Below, in pieces: positions 24,341 to 37,850 of a stretch of DNA of 64,000 bases. The notes beneath the pieces were generated by a model. That model was not told where the DNA came from. It saw nothing but the letters and a program-made list of their open reading frames with translations, and did not search any database. Made by a program: the position numbers and the translations under genes. Each line of letters opens with the position of its first letter. Position 1 is the stretch's first letter. This DNA is from Tubiluchus corallicola (Eukaryota > Animalia > Priapulida), in NCBI GenBank assembly GCA_030141605.1, contig JAQGDQ010000654.1, positions 54,327 through 118,326 of the forward strand. Reading direction: 5' to 3'.

Positions 24341-25360
24341 TCAATAAGGACACTTAAGGTCATGGTTGCTCTGAGTAAGAACTCATAAGGTCATGGCTGC
24401 TCAGAATAAGAACTCATAAGGTCATGGCTGCTCAGAGTAAGAACTCATAAGGTCATGGCTTCTTTCAGTAAGGACTCACAAGGTCATGGCTTCTTTCAAT
24501 AAGAACTCGTAAGACAATGGCTGCTCTCAAAAAGAACTCATAAGGTCATGATTGCTCTCAGTAAGAACTAGTAAGGTCATGGTTGCTCTCAGTAAGAACT
24601 CGTAATATCATGGCTTCTCTCAGTAAGGACACTTAAGGTCATGGCTTCTCTCAGTAAGGACACTTAAGGTCATGGCTCCTATCAGTAAGGACACTTAAGG
24701 TCATGGCTTCTATCAGTAAGGACACTTAAGGTCATGGCTTCTATCAGTAAGGACACTTAAGGTCATGGCTGCTCTGAGTAAGGACTCGTAAGGTCATGGC
24801 TTCTCTCAGTAAGGACTCGTAAGGTCATGGCTTCTCTCAGTAAGGACTCGTAAGGTCATGGCTTCTCTCAGTAAGGACTCGTAAGGTCATGGCTTCTCTC
24901 AGTAAGGACTCGTAAGGTCACGGCTTCTCTCAGTAAGGACTCGTAAGGTCATGGCTTCTCTCAAAAAGGACACTTACGGTCATGGCTGCTCTGAGTAAGG
25001 ACACTTAAGGTCATGGCTGCTCTGAGTAAGGACTCGTAAGGTCATGGCTGCTCTGAGTAAGGACTCGTAAGGTCATGGCTGCTCTGAGTAAGGACACTTA
25101 AGGTCATGGCTGCTCTGAGTAAGGACTCGTAAGGTCATGGCTGCTCTGAGTAAGGACACTTAAGGTCATGGCTGCTCTGAGTAAGGACTCGTAAGGTCAT
25201 GGCTGCTCTGAGTAAGGACTCGTAAGGTCATGGCTGCTCTGAGTAAGGACACTTAAGGTCATGGCTTCTCTCAAAAAGGACACTTAAGGTCATGGCTGTT
25301 CTGAGTAAGGACTCGTAAGGTCATGGCTGTTCTCAGTAAAGGCATTAAGGTCATGGCTTT
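24341..25360. repeat. 31-bp minisatellite (~32 copies), nearly every unit containing TAAGGTCA
   Basis: Unit TAAGGTCATGGCTGCTCTGAGTAAGGACTCG; period 31 (24781 to 24812). Confidence 0.95.
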
Positions 25361-26077
25361 CACTGACCTTATGACTATGTTCTTTCTTCGTGTTCTCCTG
25401 TTCCCTTGCCTTGTGTCTACTGACCTCCTGTCCTCGTTCTTTTTGACCGCTGATGCTCCCATGCTAGTCGATGATACGTTGTCTGCCTCTTTGTCCTCCA
25501 AACCTCGTAAAAGCTACAGGCTGCAAAATCTGAAAAAGTGTTACAGCCCCCGTTAAAAAATGACTACGTTGCAACGAGAATCCTGACACAGCTGCGGTCA
25601 CGTGACAGTCTGGAACGATGGAGTGCATTGACCTCATCTATATAGATTCTCCCGAATGTCGTCTGGCTTGTCAACAACCTATTTAGTTTTCCCGGAGGAT
25701 GTCTGGATACAGCCAGAAATTTAAAAAAAGCAAGTGGCTGCAGTGTTTTTTCCCTGCAGTGTTGCTTTCATAAACCAGGTCGCTTTCACGAAATTTTATA
25801 TTTAGGTACCACACTTTAAAAGCATTTTGGGAAAAGATAACTAAAACGTATGGATAGTTGACAAAATTGAAGGAAATTTAGATGCTGAAACAAAAACGCT
25901 GAATTTTTTTACTGAAAAAATTATCAGAAAGGTGCCATGTTGATGAATACAGTCCGTCATAGAGTTCGTGTGTTATTGAAGGGGGCTACAGTTTAAGAAG
26001 AATTGTTTATTCGACGGAAAATAATAGGCAACTTTGGTTTAGTGCTACACAGCCTATATGTAGGCTTACTAATTATA

Positions 26078-26600
26078 TTCAATTCAATTTCAATTTATTT
26101 GTCACTTTATAGTATCACAATAAAACATGATTAATAAAAGAATCTCTAATAAGTTTGGTTAAAATTGAAGAATGGTTAAAATGAATAGATAGATCTAGAA
26201 CTAGAGAAAGGATAGCGAAAAGACTATAAAGTCACCTATCTGCTATCCTTTACCGAATATAGATAAAAAGATTTTTTAGACACTGTTGAACATTAATGTT
26301 ATCAGTTTAATTTAGGAAACTTTAGTAATTTTTAAAATCATGACATTTTCTATATAATCCAGAGAAAAGAATATACATGTAGTTTAATTAGCGGGCAACA
26401 AAATAAGGTCAATCTTGATTAAAGTAAAAATTGCTTTTAGATTTTATGTGAAATACAGGTCAAAATTGTTATGAAATGATAAAAACACTTTGGGTTAATA
26501 ATGCACTTAATCAACAACAGGAGTTAAATACATTTTGATTTGAGTTCAACTTCATTATTTCTGGGCTTATTGATTAAGAACAAATCTACTGACTTGGACA
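26078..26600 (-). mobile_element. Probable LINE 3' end (L2/Crack-like UTR stem-loop and (ATTGA)n tail)
   Basis: TTCAATTCAATTTCAATTTATT tail; AAAGGATAGC...GCTATCCTTT stem-loop. Confidence 0.4.
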
Positions 26601-26756
26601 ATAATACTAAATAATATAATTCTCAATATACTGATAAGACAAACATTTAGCTATACAGATATTATGGGCAAATAACTGCATAGCACAGGTACAGTTGGAC
26701 TAAGAAAAAAGTAAGTTTTTACCATTTAATTAGTGAAAGAAACTAGTGGTAAATGC

Positions 26757-27162
26757 TAGGGGTGAGCATTCTCTACCAGAAAGCTAATTCGAATCTAACC
26801 GAATTTGTGACCTGCGAATTCGAATCGAACCGAACTTCAGTGTTTCGAATTCGAACCGAATTCGAATTGAGATTGAACGATTTTCGAACAAGTTTTCGAA
26901 CCACCAGTAAAAATTGGTCTTACAAAGGTCATGCATATCAATAGATTCTGTTCTGCAATAAAACGACTAGTAATTTGTTTCAAATTGTGTGCAGAAATCA
27001 CAGCTAAATTACGCTAATTGCATGATGTTTCAATCGTTTTAATGATCAGGAACATATGTGATAGAAGTGCTGAATTATTCGAATCTATAGTTTTGGATTC
27101 GAATCGAGTTCGCACTAAAAAACTAGTTCGAATCGAATTCGAGCGTTGGATGCTCACCCCTA
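26757..27162 (+). mobile_element. hAT MITE, TTCGAA-rich family
   Basis: TIR TAGGGGTGAGCAT / ATGCTCACCCCTA; perfect 8-bp TSD GTAAATGC. Confidence 0.9.
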
Positions 27163-27635
27163 GTAAATGCGCAACATTTACTACAGGAATTCCGTATAAA
27201 CTACTCTAAATGCCATTCTGTAACTGCTATTTTTTTACTATCTTATTTTTCTGTGTTTCTACTGTAACGGGCCTTATTAACAGGCTCCTAGTCTTACGTG
27301 ACTAATTAATCTGTATCTCTAATTAAAAATACACGTCTTTATATTTTTCATCGTTCGATATTTTATCCTGTCTTCATCCTGACGAATCATCATCATTAGC
27401 AGCAATTCAGTATAATTGTCATCATCGCCATCATTGCGATCAGTATTAATATCACCATCACTGTCATCATCGTCAGCATCGTCTTTATCGTATCCTCGCA
27501 TCCGACTTGCAGTGTGGAGATACCCGTATCAGACCCAGTCTGTTTTGTAAATCCACTATAAATTAATAAAGTTTAAACTATCTAATCTGAACACTGCAAA
27601 ACTGTGATAAATGGATAAGAAAATAAGTAAATACA

Positions 27636-28016
<381 letters not shown>

Positions 28017-28473
28017 TTAAATTCAAATCTAACTAACACCTTGGACCTTTAATTATGAAAACAACCAGGTGTACCAAGTTACCAAGTAAAAATATAAATA
28101 AATACGTAGTTTAATGACTATATCGAAGAATATTACAGTGATGTTGCAGGTAAATTTCAACGTTTGGCTTTCGTGTTCGTGAGTATAATGTATATTTGGG
28201 CTTACTGGCCCATTTGAAGAGAAAGTATTATGTCTATTTGGGCCTATAGACGCACACACACACAAAAACACCCACCCACCCTCCAAAAACACACACAATC
28301 ACGCACGAACGCACACACACATATAGACGCGTTTTTCTGCAAAAAAATTTTTGATCTGTATAAGTTTCAAGAACTTTTACAAGTTTTACTTTTCCTTTTT
28401 TGTTAAAATATTAGTACGGTATATCATAATAAAAAATTGAACATGGATCATCAAATCAGAGCTGGAGTAAAAT

Positions 28474-28918
28474 CCAGGGGCGTATCAAGACTTCACGACT
28501 CCCTAGTTGTGCTGATAGATCTGTCCCGCGCATCGAGTTTGTATTGTGAATTTATGATTGACTATATACTGAGCAGATTAAACAATTACTTGTCGTGTAT
28601 TAGTAATACTATTAATCTAATTTCTGCATGATCATTGTTAATTACGTGTCTATTAACAGGGCTTATATATAAAGCATGCTGAGTAACTGTTTGTTGTACT
28701 ACTTTGTACTTGTTCGTTATATGCACTTATATAGCAGCCTGTTTCAGTAACCGCCTGTGGTGCGTTACACATTGCTTGTTTTATATGAATATGAACGGAT
28801 ACGCGTTTTCCGATTAGAATAAGAATTTTTTAAAAGTGGGCGCCTAAAATGTGGTGCCCCTCAAACTTTGGCGCCCTGGGCTATAGCCTAGTTAGCCTGT
28901 TGGTTATTACGCCCCCTG
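28474..28918. mobile_element. MITE with CAGGGGCGTA...TACGCCCCCTG ends
   Basis: Terminal inverted repeat; right subterminus (GCTATAGCCTAGTTAGCC) resembles 45640-45687 and 49315-49367. Confidence 0.5.
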
Positions 28919-29192
28919 GTAAGGCCTCAAGAGGTAAGTGGTAAGTCCTCAAGAGGTCCTAGCCACTGAAAAGATTATGATACCTCCCCCCACGCATATA
29001 TGTGTAATTTAGAATAAACAAGACTAAACTGTAGATCTTCATGTCCATGATACCGACATTTTCTAAACAAACACAGAAACCGTCACACATATTCTGGTAT
29101 ATTTTGTTTTTGGGCAATTATTCGATTTGAAAAAAAAATTGTGGGTTCCTCTTCCCCTGAGGCCCGAGGAAATGTTTATTGTGTTTAATCGT

Positions 29193-30761
29193 TAAAGGAA
29201 AGAACAAGTCACGCATTATGTTGGGTTTATTTTACTGTTTTCACTTAAACTGTTTGTGGTGTGCTAAAGGAAAGAACGAGTCACTCAGTATGTTGGGTTT
29301 ATTTCACTGTTATCACTTAAACTGTTTGTGGTGTGCTAAAGGAAAGAACAAGTCACTCATTATGTTGGGTTTATTTTACTGTTTTCACTTAAACTGTTTG
29401 TGGTGTGCTGAAGGAAAGAACAAGTCACTCATTATGTTGGGTTTATTTTACTGTTTTCACTTAAACTGTTTGTGGTGTGCTGAAGGAAAGAACAAGTCAC
29501 TCATTATGTTAGGTTTATTTTACTGTTTTCACTTAAACTGTTTGTGGTGTGCTAAATGAAAGAACAAGTTACTCATTATGTTGGGTTTATTTTACTGTTT
29601 TCACTTAAACTGTTTGTGGTGTGCTAAAGGAAATAACAAGTCACTCATAATGTTGGGTTTATTTTATTGTTTTCACTTAAACTGTTTGTGGTGTGCTGAA
29701 GGAAAGAACAAGTCACTCATTATGTTGGGTTTATTTTACTGTTTGCACTTAAACTGTTTGTGGTGTGCTAAAGGAAAGAACAAGTCACTCACTATGTTGG
29801 GTTTATTTTACTGTTTTCACTTAAACTGTTTGTGGTGTGCTGAAGGAAAGAACAAGTCACTCATTATGTTGGGTTTATTTTACTGTTTTCACTTAAACTG
29901 TTTGTGGTGTGCTAAAGGAAAGAACAAGTCACTCATTATGTTGGGTTTATTTTACAGTTTTCACTTAAACTGTTTGTGGTGTGCTAAAGGAAAGAACAAG
30001 TCACTCATTATGTTGGGTTTATTTTACTGTTATCACTTAAACTGTTTGTGGTATGCTAAAGGAAAGAACAAGTCTCTCATTATGTTGGGTTTATTTTACT
30101 GTTTTCACTTAAACTGTTTGTGGTGTGCTAAAGGAAAGAACAAGTCACTCATTATGTTGGGTTTATTTTACTGTTTTCACTTAAACTGTTTGTGGTATGG
30201 TAAAGGAAAGAACGAGTCACTCAGTATGTTGGGTTTATTCACTGTTATCACTTAAACTGTTTGTGGTGTGCTAAAGGAAAGAACAAGTCACTCATTATGT
30301 TGGGTTTATTTTACCGTTTTCACTTAAACTGTTTGTGCTGTGCTAAAGGAAAGAACAAGTCACTCATTATGTTGGGTTTATTTTACTGTTATCACTTAAA
30401 TTGTTCGTGGTGTGCTAAAGGAAAGAACAAGTCACTCATTATGTTGGGTTTATTTTACCGGTTTCAGTTAAACTGTTTGTGCTGTGCTAAAGGAAAGAAC
30501 CAGTCACTCAGTATGTTGGGTTTATTTTACCGTTTTCACTTAAATTGTTTGTGCTGTGCTAAAGGAAAGAACAAGTCACTCATTATGTTGGGTTTATTTT
30601 ACTGTTATCACTTAAACTGTTCGTGATGTGCTAAAGGAAATAACAAGTCGCTCATTATGTTGGGTTTATTTTACCGTTTTCGCTTAAACTGTTTGTGCTG
30701 TGCTAAAGGGAAGAACAAGTCACTCAGTATGTTGGGTTTATTTTACTGTTTTCACTTAAAC
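29193..30761. repeat. 72-bp minisatellite (~22 copies)
   Basis: 24-aa period in ORFs (KGKNKSLIMLGLFYCFHLNCLWCA). Confidence 0.95.
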
Positions 30762-30764
30762 TTG

Positions 30765-31257
30765 GAAGATTATGACAAAGATACTTGCAAAAAACTCTAT
30801 AAAGCATAATTCTAAAATAAACTACCTCTGAATAGGAATTTTCGGGAGTGGTGGCTGCCGCCATTTGTTTCAAAATTATGACGTAACTGGGGACTTCGTG
30901 ACTTTTCGTAAGCGCATCGTGTCTTTCCGTGAGCGCGCACTGCTTAAAATATACAGACTTCTGCAGCTTACAATATTCACGCGAAAATTTACAAAATCAG
31001 CTGTATAATTTTTTGTAAAAACTTACTATACTTTTGACGAAGATTGACAGTGCGCTACTTTTCTTCAGGACGAATGACGTCATTGGAAGAAGAATGGTCG
31101 TTCAAAATGGGAGCGCACAAGCATGAAATGATCGCGACTTTAAAGTGATTTTACTAATGACACGAGGCGCTTATTGCAGTTCTATTACTAAATCTTTCTG
31201 CCATTTTTTGCGAACGCATAAATCAGCCTGACTTTCTCAAAAGTCTTGCACTTTCCT
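30765..31257 (-). mobile_element. Family C Kolobok-like element
   Basis: Ends CTTTCCT|TTAA; homologous to 13544-13845. Confidence 0.6.
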
Positions 31258-31319
31258 TTAATCAAGAGCTGAGCTTATTTTCATTAGGCCTACACCTAAA
31301 TTCAGGCTTCTATCGTGAC

Positions 31320-31821
31320 CAGGCTGCATAAGATTATGGATATCCATAAAATAAGACCAAAAATCCATAAAATAAAATTTGAAAAATCCATAAAATAAGA
31401 AAAGCATAAAATAAAAAAAATATTTTTTTTTGTGAATTTTTGTACAAAGTAACGAGTTGTAAGCATTGGCAACACTGAAAACGAACGTTAGAAGGAGAGA
31501 AAGAGAAAGAAAACAAACCAACAAAAGTGCATTTCCGGATTTGCTATTTTACATTGTTTTTTCTCATTGTCTTTTTGTTATCAAGATGGCGAAGTTTCAA
31601 CCAAAGCATGAGCTGGAGTTCGGCCTGAAACTAAGTCCTGCGTGTCTAAAAACACGTTTCAAGCCTCCTGTTTTTACTTTTTAATTGATTTCCCCCTGGA
31701 CATCTCGTTTCAGATATAGTCTATTTTTTATTTTATTGATATCCATAAAATAAAATTTCAAAAATCCATAAAATAAGCTATTTTATTTATTTTATACATA
31801 TCCATAATCTTATGCACCCTG
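31320..31821. mobile_element. hAT MITE
   Basis: 24-bp TIR CAGGCTGCATAAGATTATGGATAT / ATATCCATAATCTTATGCACCCTG; 8-bp TSD ATCGTGAC/ATCATGAC. Confidence 0.9.
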
Positions 31822-32949
31822 ATCATGACCATTGAAAAATGAATTCATTTATTGAATGCATTTATGGTTTACTTGAATGTATGAGCAAGCCAATGCCCTG
31901 GTTTTCCGATATATAGATCATAAACAAGCTAACAAGGTTGTTTACAGCGGAACCATTACGGACGTAAACAACGTGTAGTCTACGCACACCCTACATTTGC
32001 AAACATCGATTGACAGTAACTGCGGGGTCAAGCACCCACCCTGGTTCATTCCAGAAAAAAATGCGGACAGCTGCCAGTCAGGGGTAAAGGGTTAACACAC
32101 TGTCAAGGCTGGCGCTAACAAAGAGTTTTTATAGCGTTTCCAGTCTAGACAGGCGATACCACGTGATACGTGGCTGAGCATCGTTATTGTGTCCTAGAAT
32201 TATTCTTCTAGCTTAACTCACTCACAATTTCAGTAGTTTAACAAGGCGATGTAGGTTGTACTCGTCACGCTGCCTTTTTCAACATGTAATTATAACGATA
32301 TTGAAAACCGGTTTGCGCTGTTTGTTGATTCAACAAATTTTATTTCAAGCGCTTTTTAGACCAGGTCTGCCAGCGAAGGTCGTTGACGCTTCGGGACGAA
32401 AGGGTTACGTTTTGAAGGCTAAAACCGAGTCGAATGGTGAAAGGAAAGGCGTATCAATATGTTAAAGTTAAAATTATTAACGATAGGCCCAAATTTAGCC
32501 TCAACATTCTGTGTACATATGCAGTCAGACAAAACTACTATGTTTGTGGTTTTCTTCCATAATTATTCCTTCATGCCTGGAGGTATAGATTTGCCAACAT
32601 TCTGAGGGAATATTTCTCTCGTAAAGAAATGTAATGATTAGTTGCCTTAGCAAAATGAACATAAATGATGTCTTTTCTCTGTGGGCAGTTGCAGGTCAAT
32701 TAATTATCATTTTTATATCTCACTTTCAACTTTGCTTTTTTTGCCCAGTCGTACAAAATGGAACAATGATTAACATTTAAAATTAAAAGATTATTTCTTA
32801 CTACATAGCGCCGACGCATTACTAGCTACACTCTCTTCATTCACGTTTATGCATTTGTATATAAACACAGAAGTTGCGCAAAGCATTTTTGTCCAAGCAA
32901 GATTTTCACGACTTAAAAATAAAAATGTATTATTCTTTCCTAATAACGC

Positions 32950-33384
32950 GTAGGTACGCCCTGGCATGTATGACTACGCATAGTCTGACGCATGCGCTTT
33001 GCGTTTCATGGCGGGGTCATGCAGAGGACAAGCGGCAGTAGAAAGATGAAAACTGGGTCAATGTAGTTGTGCGTGTGGATGCCTCCCAATTGGACTGCTC
33101 GTTACACCGGGCGTGTTTACTGGCAGCCGTCTGCGCCAGAATTATAATATTTGTCTTCTCTCGTGATCTGATTCAAGATTTTCTTTGCTAAAGGATTCGT
33201 TTTGTTGCGATAATGGCATTACGTCGAAAAAGAAAGAAGGAACTGACGTTCAACGACGATGCCGTATTTTGTGTTTCATTTTGAAGAAATGTGAAGTGTA
33301 AACTGGGCGCTTTGAGGGATACGTTTCAACATAGAGGATCCGAGTGCCGAAAAATCTAGAACTGCTTACACAAGGCTATTATAG
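32950..33384 (+). promoter_or_regulatory. Candidate promoter and non-coding first exon of the nuclear receptor, with a RORE
   Basis: Unique, CpG-richer segment ending in donor ATAG|GTACGT (33385); AAAACTGGGTCA at 33049-33060; the first coding exon has an acceptor upstream of its ATG, so a 5' exon is expected. Confidence 0.35.
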
Positions 33385-34399
33385 GTACGTGTTTTTCGAA
33401 GTGAATTCTTCACTGTTTTGCCATTATTTTTAATTCCAATAATTTTTGCTCGCGACTACAGTAGGTTGATAGTAAGCTGTTATAAAATTAAGCATACTCC
33501 CGCAGGGCTCTGTAGAATTATGTACAATTGAAAACTGTCCGTTTTGAACTATCGCAAAAAAAGAAACTTCTAGTTTCACGATTTTCAAACAGTAAACTTC
33601 TGCGTGTTTTTAAATGACTAAATTACGTTAAACCAAACAAGTGATTTTTAGGTTAACGGGCATAGTACTTGCTTTTTCCAAAAAAAAACACTAAACGATA
33701 CAACATCATCACAAATGATGTCGTCATTTCGTTGTTACAGCCTAAAACAGTACCAGCCCCACCCCTTAAATATAGTAACTGTTGTAAAAATGTAATTATT
33801 TTCTTATACGTCACTTTGCCACTCTGTCATTTTTCAATAGGATAAATTTCCTGCATTTCTAACTGATAGTGATCGTCAGCATTATTAAATTTTTAAACTT
33901 ACACGTGCGAATTTACTAACAAGTTAACACGTATATACTTTACTGTTTATTCATAACACTTAGAAAAATAAAAACATTACAGTATTAGTTAAAAGATATC
34001 ATAATAATGATAATGTTTAGTTATTTGATGTGTGTGTGTGTGTCATTACATGTCGTTACATTATTTTCATTGTGGTGAAAAACTACAAGTGAACAAAAAA
34101 TTCGGAATTTATCCATGCAAAGTAGGTTAGGTCTTGCTCAGAGGTATTAATGTAAAGTACTTTAATAAGATGACAGAAGAAAAATGGATTTAACCTTGCA
34201 GGCCCACGCCTTTCAAGGCAATCCAGCACCTGCCTTCTTTCGCCAAGGTGACCAACGGTCACTGTAATTACCTATTGATTTCAGCAACCGCGGATCGACG
34301 AGAGGAGAGGACAAAGGAGGCTGCGAGATAAAGAGACTGCCGCGCATTTGCATGTTGTGGTAACTTCTTTTGAGAAAGGAGAGCTGGGTGGATGAGCTG

Positions 34400-34742
<343 letters not shown>

Positions 34743-35517
34743 AGAGTTTATACTATTATACTATTTAAAAGCTTATCAGTAATATCTGCCAGAAACTGTA
34801 CATATAGAAGGAGAAGGAAACAAGACAGAACAATTTTTGCTTTTTTGGACGTACCGTATTTATAGATTTGTAGTTGTAATGTTTTACGTGTGTACACTGC
34901 TTACCTAACAAAATAACTATTTCTGAGGCTACGTAATATGTATCAAAAAATTGCTGTCAGAAGACATACCTCCATTGCCTTGCTTTGACTGCAGCGAAGT
35001 CATTTCTATTCAAAGAATCAAATGTTATTCTAGGAATTTCTTTGCCTGACCTGTATGTTACGAAATTTTGTTGGTCAACGCATGACAAACTTACATTTAA
35101 CCAAACTGTGTAGAAAATATTTTAACATATTTAACATATTTTGTTGGGTATTTACAATCACAATTCACGCAACACATACACTGTTTACGAAGATATAAAT
35201 ACATACAATAAATTGTATAATGCTACAAAAACATACTACGTTAATAAAAATACAGTTATACGAGTCAAATTCAGTAATTCAAACTTTGATGTGTAAACCT
35301 AATGGTACAACATAAATATGCATAAACACAAATTTAAGGTTGTTGCATACACATATAGTATGTAATTTACATAAGTGACGTTATATATATATATATATAT
35401 ATAGTTCGTTTTTTAATTTATAGTAATTACATCCTGAAACTGAAACATTTAAAAAAAAATTACAAGCAATTTGGAGAGTTTCTGTATCATTTGAGCCTAA
35501 TAACAAACAATAAAACG

Positions 35518-35896
35518 CGAATATCATTGTCATCTTTATGCAGGTTGTTTACCATCGTTTGTGGTTTTCTGAATTTATCCTTTTATCAAGAGGTATTAGG
35601 AAGTTTTAATATTATGTTTTACTAAATACCAGAATCCAGGAAAAAGTCTCAGAAAAAAAGTCACATGAAAAAAGTCACAGGAAGACAGGAAAAAAGAAAT
35701 AACCTTAACCCTAACCCTAGCCAAATTTAATTGTGACTTTTTTCCTGTGACTTTTTTTACCTGTAACTTTTTACCTGGATGCTGGTATTTAGTTAAATAT
35801 AATATAAAAACTGCCTAATTCCTCTTGATGAAAAGATAATTGCAGAAAACCACAAACGATGTTCAACAACTTGCATAAAGATGACGATGATATTCG
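35518..35896. mobile_element. Foldback element: ~123-bp inverted arms around a GTCACAG/AACCCT/CTGTGAC core
   Basis: 35518-35640 is the reverse complement of 35775-35896 at roughly 85% identity by eye. Confidence 0.75.
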
Positions 35897-35912
35897 ACAA
35901 GTGATATTTGAC

Positions 35913-36330
35913 ATGTCACAGGAAAAAAGTCGCATGAAAAAAGTCACAGGAATAAAGTCACAGGAATACAGGAAAAAAGAAATAACCTTAACCCTAACCC
36001 TTGCCAAATTTAATTGTGACTTTTTTCCTGTGACTTTTCGTAGCCAAAATTGTGACTTTTTCCCTGTGACTTTTCATAGCCAAAGTTGTGACTTTTTACT
36101 GTGACTTTCGTAGCCAAAATTGTGACTTTTTCCCTTTGACTTTTGATAGCCAAAATTGTCACTTTCTCCCTGTGACTTTCGTAGCCAAAATTGTCACTTT
36201 TTCCCTGTGACTTTTCGTAGCCAAAATTGTCACTTTTTCCCTGTGACTTTTCATAGCCAAAATTGTGACTTTTTCCTGTGACTTTCGTAGCCAAAATTGT
36301 GACTTTTTCCTGTCACTTTATTATCGGTCA
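35913..36330 (+). mobile_element. GTCACAG/AACCCTA MITE with internal ~36-bp tandem array
   Basis: Unit TAGCCAAAATTGTGACTTTTTCCCTGTGACTTTTCG; related cores at 35640, 39153, 53735, 56215. Confidence 0.65.
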
Positions 36331-36614
36331 CCAATCAGTAGTTATAGTTTATTATTCATTTATTTCCGAAAAATTTTAGAACACGTGGTTTGCAATACAA
36401 ATTTGTAACATAAAACATAGAGAACATTGCATTAGCACAACACAAATATGTGATCAAACATGTGCGGATGACGCAGGAACAAGAAAGCACGGTGTTCACG
36501 TTTCAACAAGTTCGTGCTCGTCTAACGAATTGTTGAAAACTTTAAATTAAATTTAATTAAGATAATTTTGTGTGTCCTCTGCGCGGTTAAATTTTTCATT
36601 TCATATAAGGATTT

Positions 36615-37850
36615 GCGGTTCACGATAAAAATGGCACAGGGAAAAATGGCACGGTAAAAATGGCACAGGAAAAATGACACAGGAAAAATGACACAGGAAA
36701 AATGGCACAGGGAAAAGTGGCACAGGAAAAATGGCATGGTAAAATGGCATGGGAAAAATGACTTGGTAAAAATGGCACAATAGAAATGGCACAGGAAAAA
36801 ATAGCACGGTAAAAATGGCACAGGGAAAAATGGCACGGTAAAAATGGCACAGTAAAAATGGCACAGGGAAAAGTGGCACAGGAGAAAATGGCACAAGTGG
36901 AAAGTTAGGTAAAAATGCCACAGTAAAAATGGCACATTTTATTTTGATACATTTGATTTCTATAATAAAACTAGAATGTGCCCAGTAGGAAGCAGATCTC
37001 TACCGAAACTGAACAATCCTAAAGTTGTTCGTCTGATTCTTTTGATTAAAAAATTAACACCATGATAAACAAGTAAACATATAAAAATGTACCTGTATTT
37101 GTTTTATCCACACTAGCAAAAGACACAAAATATTTTGCTCATTAAAAAGAATTCTAATCAGAAATGCACGAATATTCCACGTAGTGTTTTTTTTACTTAA
37201 ACAGTTAATTTTGAGCGATACTAATAGCCTGACATATGCACGTATTTACGTATCAAGTCAACTTATAAGCCAGTATACATTAAAGCATAAAAGGTTATAG
37301 ACAGCGTTACACAGTTTTCCAAGCGATAATTTCTCGTAATGGATCGTGGAACTAACTCGTAGCTGCTTGTCCAGGTGGAGCTAATAAAAAAGAATTGTCC
37401 TGTCTCTTAGCCAAGTTCTCCTCTTTCCAAAGAACGAGAAATGTCTCCACGAAGTGCTTCGCGAATTTTTTTTGTACGTGGCGTTCGGTCACGTTTTGCG
37501 AAAATCACTAATTTTGTCACCCTGTACAACGTGGAAATCTGTCAGGTAGTTTTTGCGTAATAGGCTTATTGCTGTAACAGGCAAACAAACAAACAAATAC
37601 ACTGTGTTGAAGCACAACTTCCTTGGCAAACGTGGAAATCTTTCAGGTAGTTTTTGCGTAATAGGTTTATTGCTATAACAGACAAACAAACAAACAAATA
37701 CACTGTGTTGAAGCACAACTTCACTGGCAAACGTAAAAATAACTAAAATGAGTATGCCTCAGAGTAACCCTAACCCTAAACCCATATTTTGCTTTGCTAA
37801 GTGTGCTATTTTTACCGTGCCATTTTTACCTGTGCCATTTTTACCTATTT
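36615..37850 (+). mobile_element. Composite: AAAATGGCAC-repeat MITE carrying a nested Helentron-type (HINE) element (~36970-37740)
   Basis: AAAAATGGCACAG repeats at left, GTGCCATTTTT at right; nested ACTAGAA ... (CAAA)n ... AACTTCCTTGGCA end; same composite at 55310-56125. Confidence 0.65.

Noticed and set aside
25271-25530. Minus-strand exon running into the 31-bp array
   Set aside because: Acceptor-like sites exist, but there is no recognisable peptide, no donor, and the 31-bp period breaks the frame
26757-27162. Heat-shock element clusters in TTCGAA-rich MITEs
   Set aside because: Spacing mostly does not match nGAAnnTTCn; better explained as subterminal transposase-binding repeats
27319-27501. 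Acidic domain possibly belonging to the HMG/SSRP1 gene
   Set aside because: Looks like a decayed (GAT)n repeat; no splice sites or SSRP1 motifs
29179-30626. Zinc-finger-like repeat protein (CFHLNCLWC)
   Set aside because: 72-bp tandem repeat with internal stops and a frameshift; no convincing splice context
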